Under the pieces are notes generated by a model. That model was not told where the DNA came from, ran no database searches, and saw only the letters and a program-made list of their open reading frames with translations. Shown here piece by piece: positions 58,048-64,000 of a stretch of 64,000 nucleotides of DNA (positions are counted from its first letter, which is position 1; every line of letters starts with the position of its first letter). Origin of the DNA: a virus; the IMG/VR virus record IMGVR_UViG_3300002835_000013; one strand, given 5' to 3'. The translations under genes were made by a program, and so were the position numbers.

Positions 58048-58695
58048 TCAAAGTTTTGAAATATAGTTTTCAAAAATCTTCAAGGCAACTTCTTCAACAT
58101 CATGTCTAGATGCTTCACGAATTAGTTTCTTTGCTCTTTCGTTATGCACTTCTTTCCACTGATCATTCTCAAATACCCACTCTTTACCTTCCATGATGCC
58201 TTGCACAAAAGCGTCTGGTGCGCTAGGGTCTGCCACAATGTCTGCCGCTGTAGCTAACTTAAAGTCGTCTTGAACTTGCTGAAAACCGTTCATTGCCCTT
58301 AGAGACCCTACGCCTCGTGTGGACACGCCAAGACTTGCACCGCCGTCTAGTAGACTCTTAACTATCTTTCCGTTAGGAGTATCTAATATCTTTGCTTTAC
58401 CAATAAAGTTGGTTCCATCTGGATACAACTTCGTAATCATATGTGAAACTCTATCTAGGTTGATTTGAGGATTCTCTGGATGACCTAGCTCACCAAATGC
58501 TCTGTTCTTTGAAACATATTCACGGTTATATCTATCCGCTTCCTTTGAAAGGATGTTCATAGGATAGACACGACCATTTCTGTTCTGCTTTTCAGCCTGC
58601 ATAAAGATACCAGTGATAAAGTGGTTCTTGCCGCCTTTACCATCTGATTCTACCAGATACCGAATGTCTTGAACTTCTTCTCTAATAAGTTTCAT
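58048..58695 (-). CDS. gp21: prohead protease
   Basis: NRNGRVYP, GELGHP, GVSTRGVGS, DIVADPSAPDAFV; TATAAATA at 58715-58722. Confidence 0.97.
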   Translation of the reverse strand: MKLIREEVQDIRYLVESDGKGGKNHFITGIFMQAEKQNRNGRVYPMNILSKEADRYNREYVSKNRAFGELGHPENPQINLDRVSHMITKLYPDGTNFIGKAKILDTPNGKIVKSLLDGGASLGVSTRGVGSLRAMNGFQQVQDDFKLATAADIVADPSAPDAFVQGIMEGKEWVFENDQWKEVHNERAKKLIREASRHDVEEVALKIFENYISKL

Positions 58696-58722
58696 TTATA
58701 TTACCTTTTGTATATATTTATA

Positions 58723-59412
58723 TTATTTTGTTTCTTCACCAATTGATTGAGCAATAGCACCGCCTATAGTTCGACCTAACCATTTAGTCGCTTTTAGTGT
58801 GCCTGAACCAGGTGCAGATGGACTTTTACTCATTACATGTTGTGCTAATCTACCTGCCATCGCTGTAGGTGTATTACCTGCTCCTGTATAATCTTTCTTT
58901 AGAAATGAATCTGTATTTTCTTTCTTCTTCACTTCTTTTGGTTGACTAGGCTCGGCACCAGCAGACTTTTTCCAAATACTATCATCGCTCTGTTGAGGTG
59001 TATATGCTTTTTTCTTTTTTTCAATTGCTCTAATTGCACTTAGACCTATTCTAGCCACACGGCGCTGCGCCCTAGAAAGTCCTGATCTAATTTTACCACC
59101 TCTTACTTTACCCTCAGGATCAGGTTGAACTTCAACTGCTTCACTTACTTTTTTTTTAATCTTGACGAGCGGCTTTATTTTAATGTCTCTTGGATCTGGA
59201 AGAACGTCCGCCGCTTTTTTAAATCCTCTTTTTTTACGGTCTTCAATTTCTTGTCTTGTCAAACCACCAAGTGCTTCGTTCATATCGGCAGCAACCATAC
59301 GCTTCTTTTCGTATAGTTTCTTTTCCATAATGGAGTTTAGTTTTTCTTGGAGAAGGCTTTCTGCTAGAACAAAGTTTTTGTCTAGAATGGATTCTACTAG
59401 ATTCTCTGACAT
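58723..59412 (-). CDS. putative prohead core/internal protein
   Basis: Located in head cluster; basic; MNE and VSE possible cleavage sites. Confidence 0.7.
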   Translation of the reverse strand: MSENLVESILDKNFVLAESLLQEKLNSIMEKKLYEKKRMVAADMNEALGGLTRQEIEDRKKRGFKKAADVLPDPRDIKIKPLVKIKKKVSEAVEVQPDPEGKVRGGKIRSGLSRAQRRVARIGLSAIRAIEKKKKAYTPQQSDDSIWKKSAGAEPSQPKEVKKKENTDSFLKKDYTGAGNTPTAMAGRLAQHVMSKSPSAPGSGTLKATKWLGRTIGGAIAQSIGEETK

Positions 59413-59927
59413 TAGATAATTCCTGGAATGTTGAAGTCGGATGGTCTTGCTGTCTGACCTGCGTCGAAATCTCTATTATCTTTCTTGAGGTCGATATATA
59501 AAGTAACACGATCATTTGTTGCAAAAAGTGAATCGATGATTATATCACCATTAACATTTGCTGATGGTGTAGTAATAGCATCTCCATGACCTAGTCCTGT
59601 GAAATTATAATCAAAGAAACCTTCACCAAATGAAGCAAACGTAGACACTCCATTTGAACCATTTGTTGTTTCCCATTTTAATTCTACATGTCCCGGACTC
59701 TTAGCTGCATAAGAACCAAAAACTCTAACGATGGATGTTCTATAAACACCTTTGGCATTGGTATTACCAGACATAATCTTGCCGCTTGTGTTTAGTGAAA
59801 AGGCAAGGCCAGACACATCCAGAATTTTGGTGTTTGCTTCATCTGTACCATCCGATACAATATGGTATCTAATCAACGCTCTTTTAGTGCTATCAATTAG
59901 CTTTGTTTCTGTTATTATATTTGCCAT
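59412..59927 (-). CDS. hypothetical virion protein
   Basis: Beta-rich ORF coupled within the head operon. Confidence 0.7.
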   Translation of the reverse strand: MANIITETKLIDSTKRALIRYHIVSDGTDEANTKILDVSGLAFSLNTSGKIMSGNTNAKGVYRTSIVRVFGSYAAKSPGHVELKWETTNGSNGVSTFASFGEGFFDYNFTGLGHGDAITTPSANVNGDIIIDSLFATNDRVTLYIDLKKDNRDFDAGQTARPSDFNIPGII

Positions 59928-59929
59928 CG

Positions 59930-61405
59930 TTAGTTCCTAATTGAAAATGTTAATAGTCTTTTGAAGGACTCTAAGTCTTCATTTAGCATGTTCTCAACAA
60001 TCTTCTTGTTTTTGCTATTGACCGAGTCATATACTTCAAGTATTCTTTTAGCCATACCAGTATTTAGTGTAACCGATCTTCCATTAATACCGATATTCAT
60101 TGTGTCTCTGCCTTCTTCAATCATTTGTCTAAGGTCAGACATTTTGTTTTCCTGAACTGTCTTTTTCATAGCACGGACTTCAGGAGTGTGTGTTCTTACA
60201 TTTGATTTTGATACAGTGTCGAATGTATGTGTTTTAGTTTCCACATCATCGGATGATCCCGTTGCAACGTCTTTCGCCATATCGGCAGCAGCACCCAATG
60301 CGCCTAATTTAGATGGCTTGGCAGATGGTTTTGGTGTTGGTTTAACTTTTGGTGCAGGCTTTGCTTTTGATGCGCCTCTACCAAATCTGCTTGCTAGTCT
60401 ACCAAGACCTTTACTTGCTAGTTTTGCTCCACCAACCAATGCTTTGCCAGCTACTGCGCCTGTTGCTAACAAAGCTGTATCAACAGCGGCATCGGTTGCT
60501 GCGCCTTTATAATCGCCTTTGTATAGCTTTTTACCTGCGCTGTAGTATGGAACAATTGCTTCTGCACCAGCATCTAGAACGTCAGCGACGCCTTCGTTCT
60601 GTTGCATACGAAGTTCATACAACTTCATCTTGAAATCTTCTTCGCAATTCCAACGACGAAGTGCCTTATTGATGCGTGAGTCTGGATCTCTCGCTGTCTT
60701 AGCAGAGGTCAATCTCTTTTTCATTCCACCCATGCGTGAACAAAACGACTTACGGCGTGCCGCTCTCTTACCCTTTGGATTCTTTTCTGTTACGGCTGTC
60801 TGTAATTTAGAGCCTGGATTTTCACGACGATAAGCATTGACGGCAGCCTGTGATAGACCGTCTGTTTTATCTTTACGATTTACATCTTGCCAATCTTCTT
60901 TCATACTCTCTTTTGTCTTTGCTCTATTGTATGCTTTCTTAGCGCCCTTATAAGCACCAATGGCAGCGCCGACTGGTGTTCCGATCATAGAACCAGGAAT
61001 ATGTCCTACGGATCCAGCTATGAATCCTGCGGCTCCGCCACCAATAGCGCCTCTAACACCACCTTTTACAGCGTCCCACTTTGCGCCTTCTGCTAAGTCG
61101 AGTTCCTCTAAAGTATCATAAACAGTTGCTTCGCTTAGATTTAGATTGCCAGTAGGACCAAATGGTATAGAAAGATACTTGTCTACTGTCTTAGAGTAAT
61201 ACAAAGCAACAACCTGTTTGTCAGGATATAGTCTGTAAGTAACCCTTCTAAACATTAGAAGATTTGGCATTGTGGAAGGAGATGGGACATCATATGCTTT
61301 TTTGATGCCAGCAACTTTCTTTTCCTCAAGCACTAATTCCTCAGGTGATGCCTGAGTTAGAAATTCATTATCGTATTCTTCTCTTAGTTGCTTGAGTGTT
61401 TTCAT
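59930..61405 (-). CDS. modular internal head protein with capsid-targeting-like N-terminus
   Basis: MKTLKQLREE; glycine zipper; RRKSFCSRM..RWNC module. Confidence 0.75.
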   Translation of the reverse strand: MKTLKQLREEYDNEFLTQASPEELVLEEKKVAGIKKAYDVPSPSTMPNLLMFRRVTYRLYPDKQVVALYYSKTVDKYLSIPFGPTGNLNLSEATVYDTLEELDLAEGAKWDAVKGGVRGAIGGGAAGFIAGSVGHIPGSMIGTPVGAAIGAYKGAKKAYNRAKTKESMKEDWQDVNRKDKTDGLSQAAVNAYRRENPGSKLQTAVTEKNPKGKRAARRKSFCSRMGGMKKRLTSAKTARDPDSRINKALRRWNCEEDFKMKLYELRMQQNEGVADVLDAGAEAIVPYYSAGKKLYKGDYKGAATDAAVDTALLATGAVAGKALVGGAKLASKGLGRLASRFGRGASKAKPAPKVKPTPKPSAKPSKLGALGAAADMAKDVATGSSDDVETKTHTFDTVSKSNVRTHTPEVRAMKKTVQENKMSDLRQMIEEGRDTMNIGINGRSVTLNTGMAKRILEVYDSVNSKNKKIVENMLNEDLESFKRLLTFSIRN

Positions 61406-61415
61406 AATCTAATCC

Positions 61416-63182
61416 TTACTGGGCAAAGTAGTTAGAAGCGATTTCTTTCTTCTTTTCTTCAAGGCGTTCCATTGCCTTTTCTTGAAGAGCAGCAAGAAAG
61501 TTCTCTTTCATATTTACTAGATTGTTGTCTAGAATGTCATCAAGTGCTTCGTTGATAAGTTCTTTGGTATCCATTTTAGTTTCCTCTTTCATGTCTGTGA
61601 CGCTTGTTTGTTTTGGTTTAGCTGCATAAGGCTCACCCTTGACATTTGTTTGATACTCGCTACCACCATAAGAGAACTTACCACCAGCTCCGCCTGTTTC
61701 AGAACGGGCTGCCTGGAATGCTTGTCCTCTTGTAAAGTAATCTGGACGACTTGGTGGAGTCGGTGCGTCAACCTTAGGAGAACGATCAGGATTGATAGAT
61801 GCTCCCTTTACAGGTTCAACATTCTTTGTGCTTCCTTGTGCAGATGTTGTATTTGTCTTTTCTTTTGATGGAGAAAGAACCTGCTTTTCATAATCAGCAA
61901 TAGAACGACCTTGAGCCTTGTAAGGATTATAACTCTTTAGTGTATCTTGTCTTTTCTTTTCGTCCTCACCTGCGCCTGCTGGTGTTGGTGACATAACTGC
62001 GGCAGCGGCTGTAGCTGCTGGACCACCAGCTACTCTTAGTGCGGTTCCTGCGATGCGAGATGCGGCTGGTGCTGCCTTAGCAACCATAGAAGCTGCGTCT
62101 CTACCAGCGGTTGTCATGCCTTTTACAACTGGACTTGTCTGTCTTGAGGCGCCCATTGCCTTACCGACATTGACACCACCTTGTGAAAAAGATGTTCCTA
62201 CTTTTGTTGGTGAAGCTGACATGCTACCACCACCTGTGCCCATTCTACTTGTTCCTGATCTTGACCAGGATCTCTCAATAGAAGGCTGAACACCAGAACT
62301 TACCTTGACATTAGGTCTAGCAGACATTGAACCACTTTGACCTGCCATTCTTCCACCTGTTCTACCAGATGTTTCTGTTGGTCTAGGTGCCTGTCTTTTT
62401 ACACCAGGAACTTGCTGACCAACAACGGCAGGTGGCTGAACTGCTGGTGGCATTGCCATAGCAACTTCTTTGATTTCTTTTTTATCTTCTTTTTTCTTGC
62501 CGCTTTCAATAAACTTCTTATTGATAGCATGGGATAGTGTCTTGCTTGGCGCTTTGCCTTGTCTGAACCGAGCGTTAGAAACCTTGCCGACTAGTTCTGC
62601 GGAGATTTCGTCAATCTGTTCTTCCTTCATCTGCTTTACCTTTGCCCTTAGATGCTCTCTAGCCTTATCATAACCTTTGATAGTATAGTTTAGACCTGTA
62701 GCACCCCAACCAACTGGGCCAGGTAATGTAGATGTTGCTGCTACTAATCCTCTCTTTGGATCGGATCCCTTACGTCCTTCGGCAGCATCACCAGCAACTT
62801 GACCTAATGTTGCTAAGTTGGCAAAAGTCATTCCTGTAGCGACTGCTTTTTTAACTTTAGGCGGAATCTTTACTTCATCCACCTTCATAACTTTTCTGGA
62901 TGAACCTGTATAATCTCCGATAGTCTCACTATCTCTTTCAGGTTCGGTAGACATACCTTCTTTTGTAATCTTTGTCTTTTCTAGCTTTGCTAGTTTCTTA
63001 TAATAATCTGGTCTCTCTGAAAGATGGTCTCTAGCAATCTCTAAGGCATCTTTACGACTATCTGTATGCTCTTTCTCAACGGCAGCACCTTGAGCAATAA
63101 GTCTCTTTACTTCATCAAGAGACATATTCCACTTCTTTGCCAGTTGAGCCGCAGTTAGTGTTTTGACGCTTTTGAGAGACAA
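61416..63182 (-). CDS. modular internal head protein
   Basis: VEKEHT..IARDHL.E.PDYYKKL module; EEQIDEIS; gp67-like C-terminus; late promoter at 63201-63208. Confidence 0.75.
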   Translation of the reverse strand: MSLKSVKTLTAAQLAKKWNMSLDEVKRLIAQGAAVEKEHTDSRKDALEIARDHLSERPDYYKKLAKLEKTKITKEGMSTEPERDSETIGDYTGSSRKVMKVDEVKIPPKVKKAVATGMTFANLATLGQVAGDAAEGRKGSDPKRGLVAATSTLPGPVGWGATGLNYTIKGYDKAREHLRAKVKQMKEEQIDEISAELVGKVSNARFRQGKAPSKTLSHAINKKFIESGKKKEDKKEIKEVAMAMPPAVQPPAVVGQQVPGVKRQAPRPTETSGRTGGRMAGQSGSMSARPNVKVSSGVQPSIERSWSRSGTSRMGTGGGSMSASPTKVGTSFSQGGVNVGKAMGASRQTSPVVKGMTTAGRDAASMVAKAAPAASRIAGTALRVAGGPAATAAAAVMSPTPAGAGEDEKKRQDTLKSYNPYKAQGRSIADYEKQVLSPSKEKTNTTSAQGSTKNVEPVKGASINPDRSPKVDAPTPPSRPDYFTRGQAFQAARSETGGAGGKFSYGGSEYQTNVKGEPYAAKPKQTSVTDMKEETKMDTKELINEALDDILDNNLVNMKENFLAALQEKAMERLEEKKKEIASNYFAQ

Positions 63183-63203
63183 ATGGAAATCCTTTTTTAT
63201 TAT

Positions 63204-64000
63204 TTAGTTGATAGGAACAAGTTCGCCATTTTCATTGAGATGTGTTACTTCACCATCGGTATTGGCATATCTGTTAGAACCAACATATGTTAGTCCCATT
63301 TCTCTTGCTTCCTTGACAACAGACTTTTTAGCTGGTGCTGATTTCTTTGACTGAATCTGTGCCAACTTGATCTTCTTATCCATCATCTTGGACTCATGAT
63401 CACGACCCGAAACTTCTGCTTTACCTGGACCTTCATCTGGTCCAGTAATCTTCTCGACTTCCTTATCAACTTGTGCTTGTGCAATTTGTTGTTGTGCGCC
63501 AAATGCAATTTGATTCTGCATATCTTGTTGTTGTTGTGCTTGCTGCGCCTCCTGATCCGCAATAGCCTGTTGCTGTTGCTGTTGCGCCAGAATAGCATTC
63601 TCTTGTTCCATCTGTGCGTTGATTTCTTCAATATCATCTTCGGACTGTTGAAGAATGTTCTTACGAACCCACATCATAGAATAATATCTACCAACAAATG
63701 GATCAACTTTGATTAGTGTGTCCAGACGAAGATTTAGGAGTTCTGCTTCCTTTAGTTCGTCAAAGTTATTGTCTTTCTTATAGTCGTACCAGATATCTTC
63801 TTTGATTTCTTTCCATTCTTCGTCGGTACAAACCTTTTTCAATACCAACTGAATACGAAGGAGTTCATCGAATAGTGTGGAGAATTTATTACGAAGTCTG
63901 GTAACGAACTTATTGAACTTTAGTTCGTCTCTTGTAATCTCTGTGGTGCGGCCTAGTGTAAAGCCTGGACTCTGTTCCATACGTGATACAGGAACACCAA
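63204..64000 (-). CDS. gp20: portal protein, 5' part outside window
   Basis: GRTTEITRDELKFNKFVTRLRNKF, DNNFDELKEAE; long Q-rich C-terminal extension. Confidence 0.95.
   Translation of the reverse strand, partial: GVPVSRMEQSPGFTLGRTTEITRDELKFNKFVTRLRNKFSTLFDELLRIQLVLKKVCTDEEWKEIKEDIWYDYKKDNNFDELKEAELLNLRLDTLIKVDPFVGRYYSMMWVRKNILQQSEDDIEEINAQMEQENAILAQQQQQQAIADQEAQQAQQQQDMQNQIAFGAQQQIAQAQVDKEVEKITGPDEGPGKAEVSGRDHESKMMDKKIKLAQIQSKKSAPAKKSVVKEAREMGLTYVGSNRYANTDGEVTHLNENGELVPIN

Noticed and set aside
3900-63716. Numerous plus-strand and nested ORFs
   Set aside because: Shadows of well-supported minus-strand genes; only 11427-12088 is supported on the plus strand.
1-64000. CRISPR array, rRNA, integrase
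   Set aside because: No regularly spaced repeats or matching genes seen.

Overview
64 kb of a large T4-like (Tevenvirinae-type core) myophage genome, almost all coded on the minus strand. It carries a Methylocystis/Methylosinus-type pmoC, so the host is probably a type II alphaproteobacterial methanotroph. Left to right: a tRNA array (about 23 tRNA or tRNA-like genes, several non-canonical, with interspersed structured ncRNAs); gp41, uvsX, gp43; a spanin/holin-like lysis region; an isolated amber-suppressor tRNA; pmoC; an acyl-CoA dehydrogenase; a 10-gene nucleotide-sugar/glycosyltransferase cluster; hsp20; regA, gp62, gp44, gp45; cobS/cobT-like genes; candidate DNA-modification genes; gp46, HNH, ftsH, gp47; gp55, uvsW, uvsY; and head genes gp23, gp22, gp21, internal proteins and the 3' part of gp20. 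Top finding: a probable amber-readthrough-gated translational switch. A late-promoter tRNA(CUA) is followed by a leader ORF MKEVFM-[TAG]-VARSPP..., whose RSPP stall-like motif abuts a 9-bp hairpin hiding the ribosome-binding site of a 149-aa gene next to the lysis genes. Also notable: a hairpin/pseudoknot RNA whose loop is antisense to the RBS of both cobS and cobT, RegA/PrrA-like boxes at early promoters, 8/4-type tRNA-Ser, an arm-permuted tRNA-like RNA and a ROSE-like thermometer. All calls come from manual reading and motif recognition; no searches or folding programs were run.
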